The notes below the pieces were generated by a model. It saw nothing but the letters and a program-made list of their open reading frames with translations, was not told the origin of the DNA and searched no databases. A program made the translations under genes and the position numbers. Positions 11,310 through 23,230 of a DNA stretch of 64,000 nt are shown piece after piece. This stretch comes from Mayamaea pseudoterrestris (lineage: Eukaryota): positions 124,001 through 188,000 of the forward strand of contig BROI01000004.1 in NCBI GenBank assembly GCA_027923505.1, written 5' to 3'. The stretch's first letter is position 1; each line of letters opens with the position of its first letter.

Positions 11310-12281
11310 TTACTTTGCTGGACGAATATGAGCAAGATTTTCAGCTTCGACAATGATTGTCCTTTCGTGCGGCATACATAATGTCGTCACTTTCCATCGT
11401 TCATTCGCTTCCTCCGCTATTAGAGTAACTAGCTGCAGATTCAGATCTGGCTCATCTTCAATACCCCGAAGCTGCATTATGTCTCCCTGGACTCGCTGAT
11501 TTGGATGACGACAAGCTCCTTTGTGCCCATGCTTCCAGGCTATGACCTGACATTCCCGCGAGCAATAATAAGCCATGTTGCACCTGCTACAAACATCCAA
11601 TCTACGCACTTCCAATTGCTCCAAGGTCTTGCCACAGGCATCACACGCCTTGCCACCAATACTTTGGATTCTTCGCATCATGTCTGGATCACTGAGTGGT
11701 ACAGAGAACAAAAACGTCTGGCCTTCAATATAGGTCCCACTCGGCATGTAGTCGCAAAGCCTTGTTGTCTGGTTTATTGTCATGTCTGCAAGTGATAGTG
11801 CCGGAAATACCGCTAGTCGAACCGTCTCCATCTCCGCCAGGTTCTCTGCACAAAACTTTCGCAAATTCAGTAAAACCGTACGAAGACACACTTCCTTACG
11901 ATCCTTTCCAATAATGCGTCTACGCAACTCTTTTCTTCCTGTAGCATCAGCTATATCAAGCGCTTGCCGTAGCACATCTGCTGCATCTTCACGATCGTGT
12001 TTCAGATTGTGAAGAACAACGGCCAATGTCAAGCCAGCATCTACGCGACAAATAGAAATCTCGCGGTCATCGTTCAAAACGTCGTGAAGATTTGCCATAT
12101 CATCTTCGTTTGGCGCAAAATAGTTTTTCGAAATCTTTTCTGAAAACCCAGAAAATATCCAGTAGCGACATGGAGCCTGTCGCGGACATTGACTAAACGA
12201 CTGCCAGTACAAGTCTGCCGCGCGACGAAAGTCGCCTCGCTCAATTGACACTCCCGCTTCTCTACTACGCCGAGAACTCAT
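11310..12281 (-). CDS. MYND zinc-finger protein
   Basis: CDAC...CSRC..AYYCSRECQ...W..GHKGAC; start taken at MSSRRS. Confidence 0.88.
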   Translation of the reverse strand: MSSRRSREAGVSIERGDFRRAADLYWQSFSQCPRQAPCRYWIFSGFSEKISKNYFAPNEDDMANLHDVLNDDREISICRVDAGLTLAVVLHNLKHDREDAADVLRQALDIADATGRKELRRRIIGKDRKEVCLRTVLLNLRKFCAENLAEMETVRLAVFPALSLADMTINQTTRLCDYMPSGTYIEGQTFLFSVPLSDPDMMRRIQSIGGKACDACGKTLEQLEVRRLDVCSRCNMAYYCSRECQVIAWKHGHKGACRHPNQRVQGDIMQLRGIEDEPDLNLQLVTLIAEEANERWKVTTLCMPHERTIIVEAENLAHIRPAK

Positions 12282-12526
12282 ATTTTCTGTTGGAGATATC
12301 CAAAGGTGGCGACACAATGTTGTTAATGATGATGAGCGAAGCGAGGCTTTGCGGCTCTCGTGGATGGCGCGGATGAAGTTTTCAGCGAGCGACGACGCAA
12401 TCGAATTCCGTGGACTGTCGCTCGATACCGGTACGACTTAACGTGAAACCACAAACTCGTGTAACTCCTGCGACCATGACGACGATCACGCATTTATTTG
12501 CAGTCCAACTGGTGTAAACCCTTACC

Positions 12527-12826
12527 ATGACGGCAATACCCGAGCAAGCACAATCCAGCTCCATTACGAGCAGCAGTAGCAATAAGCTAGATCGCATCAA
12601 GTTGGAATGTTCAGCCATGATGCGCTTGCTCAAGAATTTGGAAAAGGAGGAGAAGCTGTTACAAACGCAGAACGAAATACTGGCTCGCGAGGCGCTCCTG
12701 TGCGGCTTTGAACCTCATTTACTGGAGCCTCCAGCTCCGAAACGACGAAAGAATGTACTGCAGAAGCAGAGTCTGCAGAGTAGTAATAGTGATGCTGCTG
12801 CTGCCGATGGAGGAAGTGCGGATTGA
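12527..12826 (+). CDS. Small coiled-coil hypothetical protein with basic NLS-like motif
   Basis: ATG-initiated 99-aa ORF with heptad pattern and PKRRK. Confidence 0.6.
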   Translation: MTAIPEQAQSSSITSSSSNKLDRIKLECSAMMRLLKNLEKEEKLLQTQNEILAREALLCGFEPHLLEPPAPKRRKNVLQKQSLQSSNSDAAAADGGSAD

Positions 12827-13110
12827 GAATTGAGAACCATCGGCCATTATCGATCGGAGCGGCTAGACTGCTTGCTGGCAATAGATTAATAGCCCAGAGC
12901 TGCTACTATCATTAGAATCATCGAATGCATCTCTACCGCAGAAGATTGGATCATTGCACATTCGGCGAATGGCGCGAAATGCTGTTACTTACAGTTAGGT
13001 TGAATAAGCAAAACAGTGTGAATACAATTTTAGCATTCGTGTTCTCCATCTTATAATTCTATTTACAGTATAATGCCCAATACGTAAGCATTATGCATGG
13101 ACGCAAGAGT

Positions 13111-13794
13111 CTAATACGGACCAACCATCAAGTCTGCAACTTCCGAAACGTACGGCAGCTTATCCGGTCGCTTTCCTCGCAGATTGCAGTAGACTGAATA
13201 AACGACAGCCGACATGTACGCATACCAAACGAAATTGCTGCACGGTTCGGAAAGGTAGCGAGGCACTGGATCGTCAATAAAGCTTTCGCGAATGAGCTCT
13301 GGTACAATGAGCAAGGCGTCCAGCAAGGCAGCCTGCTGCGCCGAGAATCGAACGTTGCGATCCATTTCCGTGTTGAAGCGCGTTCCCAATGTCAATGCGA
13401 TAAAGAAAAAAATGCTGAAAAAGGGTATCTTGTCATGCATTTGAACCAGTGGGCCAAGAATAAAGTCTGAAATGTCGCCAAGGATTGGTATTCGACCGTA
13501 AATGTACTGGCCAAAGACGTCTCCATCAATCAGAGGCAATAGATACGGAACGCAAGCTTTGATTCGATTGGACCCTCGCAGTTCCTCGTCCTGGCCCCAT
13601 ACGAACAGCTTTGTCGTCGGCCGTCGTGCACATGCACGGTGGCAGCAGCTGTCATTGGCAGCTTGATTTGGATGTAAAAGAGCCTTTCGATGCGGCGTCA
13701 GAGAGGATTCTCTCGTTATTGTAAAGGCCACGCAGGACAGCGGAGCAAAACATGCGAGTAGTATGCAGGCCAAAGCGTATCGTCTCGTCCGCAT
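13111..13794 (-). CDS. TIC20: Tic20-like plastid import component
   Basis: Signal peptide + 'VAF' bipartite presequence; R.KACVPYLLPLIDG..FG, RNVRFSAQQAALLD, P.KLPYVSE. Confidence 0.85.
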   Translation of the reverse strand: MRTRRYALACILLACFAPLSCVAFTITRESSLTPHRKALLHPNQAANDSCCHRACARRPTTKLFVWGQDEELRGSNRIKACVPYLLPLIDGDVFGQYIYGRIPILGDISDFILGPLVQMHDKIPFFSIFFFIALTLGTRFNTEMDRNVRFSAQQAALLDALLIVPELIRESFIDDPVPRYLSEPCSNFVWYAYMSAVVYSVYCNLRGKRPDKLPYVSEVADLMVGPY

Positions 13795-14047
13795 GGTTGG
13801 CAAAAGTTCAACTTGTGTGAGATTTTCATGGTCGAATTTCGACGAGGCTGTTTCGCGCTGAGGAACTTTGCCTGCGACGTCACACAAACCGAAACTGGAG
13901 TACGACTCAAAGAGCAGTCAAGTTGAAGTTGGGCGTCACGCACTTGACGCTCGCTCATTCTTTCCATCGAAGCATTGGGATTCATCGAAAGCAATCCGTC
14001 GCCCTCACATCATTGAAAGTTGATCCACTATCATACAGAGCCGAACC

Positions 14048-15282
14048 ATGAAGCTAACAAAAGGGACGGGAATGACCCGTGAGGAGATACAGACGATATT
14101 GGACGCGGAAATACCTTACGCTGACGAGAATCAGCCAGAAGCTGCCGAGGTTCGTCGGCCATTGGCTTTGGCTTGAAATAATAGATTCGATGGGTTGCAG
14201 GATTTGTGATACTGACACTGTCTAAAATTTTTCACACCACAGCAACTACTTACAATACTATCGGAAGAGCAAGTGGAGTTTGCCGCTCAAAGCTCCACTG
14301 CCTATTGGCTGGCGACGCTGTCCGACAAGCCTCCAACCGACGAGGAGCGACACCGCATGGCTTTGCGCGAAGCACGTCGCTACCTTTCGTACCATGAAGT
14401 GAAGGAGGAAATGCTAAAAAAGGCATGTGATTCTCGCAAGGTACGCACATATATTGATATTTAAGCTGCTTTCGCGCTGAAAAAATGTTGATTTGCTAAC
14501 TTTCAATTTTTTTCGTCACACTTTAGGATCGCCGCATCGACTTGATGCGAAGTTGTTTCATGGAAGGCGTCGAATACGAAAACGACGAAGACTCCAAAGA
14601 GGCAGAGCGGATACGTGACACCATTTTGAATGAACTGAAACGGCAACCTGTGTACGCCAGAGGAACAGACAAGGAGGGGCGCGCCATTTTGATCGTTGGA
14701 TCAAGGACGGAGGGTGTTGAAAATGACGAAGACTTTATCATGACACAGCTTTACAATGTGGAACGAGCAATCGCCGCATCCGAATACACGTCAAATGGTC
14801 TTCAGGAGATGATATGCGTCGTATTTGACTTTGCTGACCTCAAGCACAGCATGGCGCCATCCATTAGCCTCGTCAAGGATTTAGTTGGCGAGTTGGAGGC
14901 ATGCTATTGTGATCGACTTGATACTCTGTTCATTGTCGACCCTCCTTTCTGGATGCGGACAATATGGGGCGCGGTGAAGCCATTTCTTCACCCCGATACT
15001 CAAAAGAAGATAATCATGGCCAAGGGCGACAAGGAAAAGTCTGCGACGGTTGGGGAACTCGTCGAGGAAGACCAAGCAATGCCATTTTTGCTGCCAGAGG
15101 GAGAGTTGTCGGAAGAGGTTAGTGTGGAACGATTTACAAAGGATATTCCATTTTATTGCTTGTACGAAGAAGATTCAGCAGGGAAGGCTGACGCTGACGA
15201 CGAGGAACCAGAGACGACGACAGGCCCAGTTCTAATTAGTCATGCGTCGGAGTCGCGGCTTCATTGTCAGGGGACCTTCTAA
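14048..15282 (+). CDS. CRAL-TRIO/Sec14-like lipid-binding protein (3 exons; introns ~14150-14242, 14441-14526)
   Basis: G.DKEGRAIL, VVFDF, Y.DRL..LFIVDPPFW...IW..VKPFLHPDT.KKI; canonical splice sites. Confidence 0.85.
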
Positions 15283-15572
15283 TCTGCACTTGACGTTCGC
15301 AGGTAGCGCTATAACAAGGATGTTGGCATGTACGTTGGTCAATTCCCACTGTGCTGTACGATTGGAAATTGTGTATGCCTGCAAAACAAAAAAAAACACC
15401 TCGGTTTTTGCCAAAGCGCTGGCCTTAATGTCATAATGTAACTTTCAAAATCTATTAAGCAGTGATAGAAAATTTGAAACCGTTAATTTACAACGCAGAA
15501 GTGCCAGTTTAACGTCTCCCCGCATGCGTTTTTAATTGCGAAATTCAGGAGTCGGCAAGGCGGCACTAACCT

Positions 15573-17318
15573 TTACGTGATTGTAAACTCACTTCGACCT
15601 TCGCCATCTTGTTCAATACCAACAGATGTATCTGTATGTGCTTGGTCCTCATCAAGCGGCATATATTGCTATTTCATTGGAGAACCGAGGAGTTAGTGAG
15701 CTTAACGGTACTGCAATACCAAGATCTGACCCAAATGCTTATTACTTACCGCAAGAATGCCCCTCACTTGTTCTCGCATTACTCGTTGCTGTCTCCTATG
15801 CTGTATGTAACCTGTAACTGCAGCGAGGACAGTCAACACCAGTAGTGTACCAGCAAACGTAGTTGATGATACTCCATCGACTGATGCAGCTTGCGAAAAT
15901 CCAGATAAGCATGAACCATGCTTGACGCAAGCGGAGACGTCGTTGCACATGGCACACTTGTCGCAAATTGGAGGTTCCGAGCCTCGCGAATAACCAGAAC
16001 ATATGGCTTTTAACGCCGTGGCCAAGGAGAGCTCTCCGCGAATCGGCGCTCCGTTGACAATGAGACTTGGGATGAGTATTATACCAGACTTCTCCTTGTC
16101 GGCGAGCTGCTGGTCTAATATCTTGTTTGCAACGTCACCTTCCAGACCGCCCGAATCTGCCATGCAGCTTTCGATCAAGCTACTGTCGACACTGGCGCGA
16201 GTCATTGCATTCTTGATGCAGGTCTCGTCTTTGAACAATAATTCATTTTCGGGATCGTAGCAGCGCGATAAAAACTCCTCAATGTAACTCCAGTATTCTT
16301 TGCCAACACCATTGTTTTCGCCATATACTTGCCAGACGCAAAGACGACGAAGGCTCTCCGTAACCACATCCGCTCCCGAGAGGCCTTCATCCAAATCATC
16401 GTCGGGGTCTACGGCACAGTATCTCCCACTATTAGTACATAGATTGTAGCATTCGTCTTCACCATTTTGACTGCAGCCAGCCTTCATTCCATCGTAAATG
16501 TACATTTTCGGAGAGAAATGAGCCTTGTCGCCCAACGCCACGGCTGCAGCCTTGAAATTCCGTTCAATGGGCATGCTGACAGGATCCACTGGCGTTGACC
16601 ACAAGTCATACGTTACGCTGTCCTGATTCGTCGGAACAGCAAATGCCATTTCCACTCGAACCTGCTTGTTATCTTTCAGCGTGTGCTTGATCACATCCGC
16701 ATCCTGTTTGAACACCAGAAACGTCGGAATCGAAATATCATTCCCAGATCCATCATCCGCCATGATTGGTTCCTGGTTCTCGCACGAGGCACCCTCCTCA
16801 TTGTCGCAGGTATCCTGATTGACGCAGAGGCAGGTGTTGTCGGCAATCAACACGGCCGTGGCACCCGCTCGCTGCGCGTTGCGCACCTTTGCGACAAAGG
16901 TGCAGTCGCCGCGGTCAATCATCAAAACAAAGGGTGACTGCCACGGAAGCATTTCGTCATTCTTCGTTTCGCGTTCTGGATATCCTCGGTGTGGGTCAGC
17001 GGTTGTGCAGAGCGATTGGTCAGTGTAGTATAGTTGCGCCTGAATGGAACCGCCATATGGTGGAGTGCCGAATAATGCATCGCGGTGATCGTAGCCGTTT
17101 GTTTTATAGAGTGATTTGGGAATCTGATAATCATAGAATAGCAAAAATGAGCGTCAAACATTGAAATCTACGAGTAGTCGTGCCTGTGCATATGACGGAA
17201 CGATTGCAGAGACTGCGACGGAACTTACGTGAATCTGCAGCTTGCTGGTGCCCACGGGAACTGACCCCGAGACTCCCGACCACGCAAATATCAGTATGAG
17301 CAACTCAAGTGACTTCAT
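15573..17318 (-). CDS. VSR: Vacuolar sorting receptor (BP-80/VSR family, PA domain), 3 exons
   Basis: Signal peptide, ALFG.PPYGG, DRGDCTFVAKVRNAQ.AGA, CTNSGRYCA.DP, TM helix, spliced tail with QYMPLD sorting motif, stop at 15573. Confidence 0.9.
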
Positions 17319-17732
17319 TCTTGCTCGCTGTCGGTGTACAAATAATGGTGGCTCCAACAGGCCGCGAGCCAATTTCGAAATTGTGGTCGCTGGATCTTCG
17401 GCCTTGCGAATGCGCGCCGTCGCGGCGCGAGCTAACAGCCTGTCCGTCTGACCCACCGCATTTCGCCTTGCATACATCGCTACGGTGTTTATGTTCTACG
17501 ATCTACGATATTGCATTTCATTTTCTGACAAGCGGTAACTGGTGTAGAAGTGCAAAGACGTGACAACATTTAGTATAAACAAGAACTACATGTACTCGAA
17601 AATAGCAGGGACCGATGCACTCGCTCTCGCGAGGCCGAACAAGTATGAGTACCGACCATAAACTCGGTTTCTCAAACCAAGATCCAAGGAAATAGCAAAT
17701 GCCGCGACCAATTGAGTTCCAGAGCAATATCT

Positions 17733-19714
17733 TCACTCCTCCATTGCAGCATTCTCGCCAGGCACGCGCATTGAGCTATCCGAGACAACCTGCGCGACAA
17801 TCGCTTCCGCCTGCGCATTACCCGGCTGCAGCACTGGCGCCGGCGCCATCATACTATTACCACCGCCATCTTGTTGCGTTCCCGCAGTTTCAACAGATGG
17901 ACCACTAGCATTCTCATTGCCCAGCATAATCATGGAGAACAGCTTGTCGTCCCACGAAGACTTCATCACAACACCAGACGCCGTCGACTCGATTGATTGA
18001 CCGCGCGACAAACCAGACAAGCCTCGCGAAAGTGCGGAAATGCCTCGCAGCGAGCTAAAGCGGTTGATGCCACCGGGTGGGAAAATGGTCGCGACTGGCA
18101 GCGACTTTTGCTTTGGATGCGGAGGAAGAGTGGCGCCGGCTCCACCACCACCGCTTCCTTGATCCTGCTTGCTCTCATTCTGTGTTGGCTGCTGAAAACT
18201 TGCAATGGAATTAAGGCCAATCGAGGCCGTACGACCGTTGAAGGCAAACATGTCGGGCTCCCATGGTTGCTGCTGAGTGAGTAGCTGCAGCTGCTGAGAC
18301 GAAATCGAGGCTTGATGTTGCAGCGGCTGCTGGACTGGCAGGGGCAAATGTCCACCAGTGGTCGATTGATTACTACTGGACGTGGTCCCAACCGACGTTT
18401 GACTCTGAAGCTGCGTGCCAGGATGGTGCTGATGTTGTTGTTGCTGCTGCATCGCCAGCATCATTTGCTCCATGCGAGCAAGCATATCCATCTCCAAGCG
18501 ACGCATTCGGTCTTCAAATGAACCACTCATTTCCGTAAGTTGATCTTCAAGCGCATTCACTTGCTCCTTGAGCTGCTGAATCTCCCGACTTTGGTCTTGC
18601 CCAGTCCCAGTTCCACCGCCACGAGTGGATCGCTGAATCTTCTTCAACAAGTCACATCGGCCTCGCTTAAAGTTTTCGTTGTAAAACGTTATATGCTTGG
18701 CAGATCCAGCGTCAAAGTCGCTGTTCTTGATCGGTTTCGACTGCATTTTCCTAAAGCTAAAATATATCAATAGGGCACGCGCGTGAGCAATGAATGAGCA
18801 ATGTCATGTACTTGGATAATACGAAATTTCCACACAACATACCCGTAAAAGTTTAGCTGACGTGCAAAGCTAGAAAACTTGTTGTGATCAAAATATTGCG
18901 GGATAACTTGACCGGCAAAGGTATCGGCGTCCTTGACTGTAAAAGTTTCGCCATCCTCGGACCTGAATTGATCGTCGAGAAGGACGTTTGTTAGCAAAGA
19001 ACGAAGCAGCTTTCAAGCAAGCGCAGAACATTAACGAAGAGCATGGTCCGGTTAGATCGCAAGACGATAAATTTGAGCCCAAAAAATAGTAAAAGGAATG
19101 TCGCCAAATTCGAGCAAAGCTTTGGTCGGCCGTCAAAAGCTCCAGCCCTAACACATTAGGGTTTTGTTCTTGGAAGCTCCAGAAATCGCGTATCACTCAC
19201 TGCGCCTGCAAGACGAATCTTGCATACAGTATCCCTAATGAAAGCAATCGTGCATTTGGCCGACACGACCATGACAACTGGAGGTCGACTTACCATGAGC
19301 AGATCGTTGGATCGCAGCTATCAATCATCTTGTATGTCTCTAAAAAACAAAGTGACGACGGTGTGCGTTAGTAACGGCGCTCGTTTTCCGCTTTTACGCC
19401 AAATGTCGCCGCATAACATTGTTTAACAGTCGATGACGCCAACGCGAAGCAACAAGCTGCATGCATTGTATCCACTTACTCTTGAGAAACAGTGGAATAG
19501 TGGTAGCTCCTTTGCAACTTGATGTCTGTGTCGTCTTGCCGTCTGCTGACAGTTCATCCAAATCTTCCAAAAGAAGCTGAGGCTGATTGGCATTGTTGTA
19601 ATTCTGCGAGGTTGAAACGGTGCCACCTCCACTGCGCATGCGACGGCGCTTCGTTCCAATTGGTCCCGGAAAGTTGATCTTTACCGAAGGAGGAAAGCCT
19701 GATGATGTAGTCAT
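17733..19714 (-). CDS. HSF: Heat shock transcription factor (4 exons incl. a 46-nt exon 19339-19294)
   Basis: Spliced DBD: IPLFLKK|TYKMIDSCDP.I.SW|SEDGETF.VKD...FDHNKFSSFARQLNFYG|FRK; coiled coil; Q-rich C-terminus. Confidence 0.92.
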
Positions 19715-20198
19715 ATCGTTTTACTTTGTTTATGCTTGCTACGAGCAAATTAGTAGATGCAGTTCGTGTTTTGACTTCGCTGGTTTCTGGTTTTGTGTGA
19801 GGGTTGAGGGTGACGGAGCGAGTAACTCTAACCTTAATATAGTTGCTTTGACGGCCTAACTGTCTGACAGCCTTAATATTATCAAAAATGGAATAGCGAC
19901 TTTTTCTATTATATTAGCCGAGGGTGATCAAGACCATATCAAATGTTACGAGTATTGTACTACGTTAATGCGGTAAGAGCACTGGCCGATATTCGTCGCG
20001 TCGCTGTCAATGCACGTAGGTACAGCGAGTAATTTCCGCCTCCCAGTGCGACGGTTCGCAAAAGCAGAAGGCAGTTTCGCCGTCTTTTTAGTGCCGGTGC
20101 GTCGAAGCGCGTGTTCGCGTCGCGATCGATGCCGGCTGCCGCAATCCCCCACACAATCCAGTCGAGCAGCAAGACAAGCAGCAACAAACAAGATAACC

Positions 20199-21378
20199 AT
20201 GGCGCCCAACGATTATGACGATGATTTGGATGATGAGGAGGACGAGGATTCCGTAGATGACGTTGTCGCGACCAAGAAGAAGCGCGGCACCAAGAAGTGG
20301 AAGGGTAAGTTGTCGGATCAACGAGGATTGTGGTGATTCGCCGTGATTGTCGCAAGTTAACGGCAGTTCCAACCTTTCCTCACCTTTCTATTTGCTCTAT
20401 GAACAGATCCTAACAAGCCGAAGCGTGCCATGTCGGCATTCTTCCTCTACAGTCAGGCCTTCCGTGCCCAGACCAAGGAGGAGAATCCAGAAGCCTCCTT
20501 TGGAGAGTAAGTCATCGTAATGGGTTTTGTGCGAGCTCTTTGTGTCTCTTTTGGTTGTATTGAGTGTCTGCAAAAGTGAGAGTGTCGGAAAATTATCGGT
20601 CGAGGTACTTTTTCGTCGCGACTATCTTGCACGTGATTTTTGTGAGTGGGCTGCCTCGAGCAATGCGGCTGCACGGTTCATCGCGGTGCACAAGCACCAT
20701 CGCGAGAGGCCAGCGCAAGGACACCGCTGCTTCTTCGAGCACGTAGGACCTGGTACTGTTTCTACGTGTCGGGCCTGTCGCGTTGATCTCTCCACCACCA
20801 AAAGAGCGCCACGAGCTTCCATCGCGAGCGTTTGACGCGCTGGCAGTTGTCTGCGCGCGTCACGCGGGCAGAATTCAAATCGAATCTGACACCACGCAGA
20901 CAGACGGACAGAACGCAAATCTTTTGTGACGTCATTTTTCTAACCCTATCCTTTGGTCTTTCATTTTTGTTTCAGCATTGCCCGCCTCTTGGCGACCAAC
21001 TTTAAGGCTCTCCCGGAGAAGGAGCAGCGCAAGTGGGAAAAGAAGGCTGAACAGGACAAGGTTCGTTACCAGGAGGAGATGAAGGACTACGTTCCTGTAG
21101 ACGATCCATCTGGCGGCGGAGGTGGCGCACGCAAGGGAAAAAAGGCTAAGAAGGACCCATTGGCACCCAAGCGCAACATGTCGGCTTACTTTCTTTACTC
21201 GATTGATGCCCGCCCAAAGGTCAAGCTCGATCATCCGGAAGCGTCCTTTGGTGATATCGCTCGCCACATTTCCGAGCGCTTCAAGAGCTTGAGCGAGAAG
21301 GAGCGCAAGATTTGGGATACCAAGGCTGTTGCCGACAAGGAGCGCTACGAGCGCGAAATGTCCACGTACCAGGGGTAA
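20199..21378 (+). CDS. HMG-box (HMGB/NHP6-like) protein with two boxes; exons 20199-20304, 20407-20506, 20976-21378
   Basis: DPNKPKRAMSAFFLYS and DPLAPKRNMSAYFLYS...ASFGDIAR...DKERYEREM; strongly biased codon usage. Confidence 0.93.
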
Positions 21379-21541
21379 GCAGTGACCGGATGCACGATGT
21401 ATATGTTTGGAAACAAGAAAGACGGTCGATGCGCGCAATGATGAGTTAGCGTTGTCGATTGGAACGAGACGATTAGGAATGAGTCTCAATATGATTTTTA
21501 TATGTAGTCTTTCATTTATTCTGACTGGGAGCAAATCTTTC

Positions 21542-22283
21542 TTACTTGTTATCAGTAGCACGTAGCCCCTGCAGTAGCGATCCAAGCTGATAGGTGAAGA
21601 ATCCGAGAATGGTTGGCACCTCCATTAGACCCGACGATCGAAACTTGCCGACGAATATAAACAAAAGTATCAGAAAAGCGAACCGAGCCTGTCCAACACC
21701 AGCACCGCGAATTGCTTCGGCTTCTGTTGCCACTCCGCCAATTTGTTCCACGTACTTGCCCAGGCCGTAAGCGTACGCGAGTCCCTTGTGAATAAAGAAA
21801 GGGAACGTGAGAAGTGAGGATGCAATTGCGTTTCAAATGGCCTTTCTACCAACAAACAAGTACCAAGCAAGCTTGCAAAATGCGTAAATGACTTACAAGC
21901 GATGCTCCAAAGAGATACGAAAAGGCTACAAACGGATTCTCAAAGGCTGTCCAAAGGCCGCAAAAAATGGCAAAGGTTGTATACGCCGAGTAGACAATCA
22001 ATGCCTGCAGCTGCTGATTGTACTTGTCTTGCTCCTCTACCGCCAAGGATGTTTCAGCGGATTGTTTCAAGTCTTCCATGAGTGACTTTTGCTGCGACCA
22101 AAAATCGTTGCTGCTATTAGCATCTTGCTGCTGTTGTGCGAAACGCAGTGCCGAATCGTCGGAACGAAAGTGATGCCTCTCATATCGTTGAAAGACCTGA
22201 CTGATGCGTGACTGAAAGCTTACAGCCACATGAATGTAATTAGAAATGATCAATAAAGGTGTAAACAAGTGATTCCGTAGCAT
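21542..22283 (-). CDS. Plastid ATP synthase assembly factor CGL160/Atp1(UncI)-like, 2 exons
   Basis: Signal + 'SF' presequence; four TM segments, AFSYLFGA|GLAYAYGLGKYVE, ARFAF, LGFFTYQ. Confidence 0.7.
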
Positions 22284-22470
22284 ACTACAAGTAGTATTGG
22301 TGGCAAGAGATGTGCTGATGATGACAGGCGGTTTAAAATTTAAAATGTGATGGGCGACGAATGACGAATGGATCCGCGAAGTGAAGCCGATGCGACATTC
22401 TTGTGAGTCTTAATGCGACGCGCAAGAAAAAGCAGAACACAAAACCAACCAAACCTTCACCTCCATCACC

Positions 22471-23190
22471 ATGGCGTCTCTTCCGGCAAGCAACGACGCG
22501 GAAATATCCGCCGAAACCTCCCAACGAGTTTGTACGCACATGAACGAAGACCATGCCGTTTCTGTGTACGCCATGGCCAAATCCTTGCTGGCGCAGGATC
22601 CATCTGTAACTGCCAACGATAGCTTGACGGATGCGACACTGACACGCGTATCGCTGTCGGCCTGTCACATGCGAGCGATTCTCTGCAGCGGAAACGTTTG
22701 CGAAATGAAGCAACTGATATATCCATTGGAGCCTCCGCTAACTTCAGCATCCGAGCTGCGACCGCGGATGGTGGCGGTGCATCATAAAGTCACTCGCCCA
22801 AAAGTTACCTGGTTGTGGACCAAGCCGCTGTGTCGAGTCATATTGCCAGTGTCAATTGTTTTGCTGTATGCAACGTTTGTCATATGTATTGGAAATCTTG
22901 TCAGCTTAATAGAAAGCAAGGACATTGTTCATCAGCTCGTTTCCATGACGTTTGGATCGGCTCGCAACTTTGGTAATGTTGTTGCGTTTAGCGCTTGGTT
23001 CGTCGTTGTGGTTCATTCGGCGGAAGCTCTCTACGTGTTTTATCATGCAGTCAAGACTCTCAAGTTTCATCAAGATAGTGCATTATTGTGGTATGCCATG
23101 GTGACAATGTCTGGGTATCCTATTACGGCAGAGTTTCTCGATTTGCTAAAATTTCACCGAAAGACTCAAGCAGCCAAGAAGAAGAGTTGA
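22471..23190 (+). CDS. DUF2470-domain membrane protein
   Basis: RVCTHMNEDHA signature at N-terminus, followed by ~3 TM helices (HSAEA). Confidence 0.75.
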   Translation: MASLPASNDAEISAETSQRVCTHMNEDHAVSVYAMAKSLLAQDPSVTANDSLTDATLTRVSLSACHMRAILCSGNVCEMKQLIYPLEPPLTSASELRPRMVAVHHKVTRPKVTWLWTKPLCRVILPVSIVLLYATFVICIGNLVSLIESKDIVHQLVSMTFGSARNFGNVVAFSAWFVVVVHSAEALYVFYHAVKTLKFHQDSALLWYAMVTMSGYPITAEFLDLLKFHRKTQAAKKKS

Positions 23191-23230
23191 GAACAAACAA
23201 GCATGAGTAAGCATTGAGTAATATAATGTC

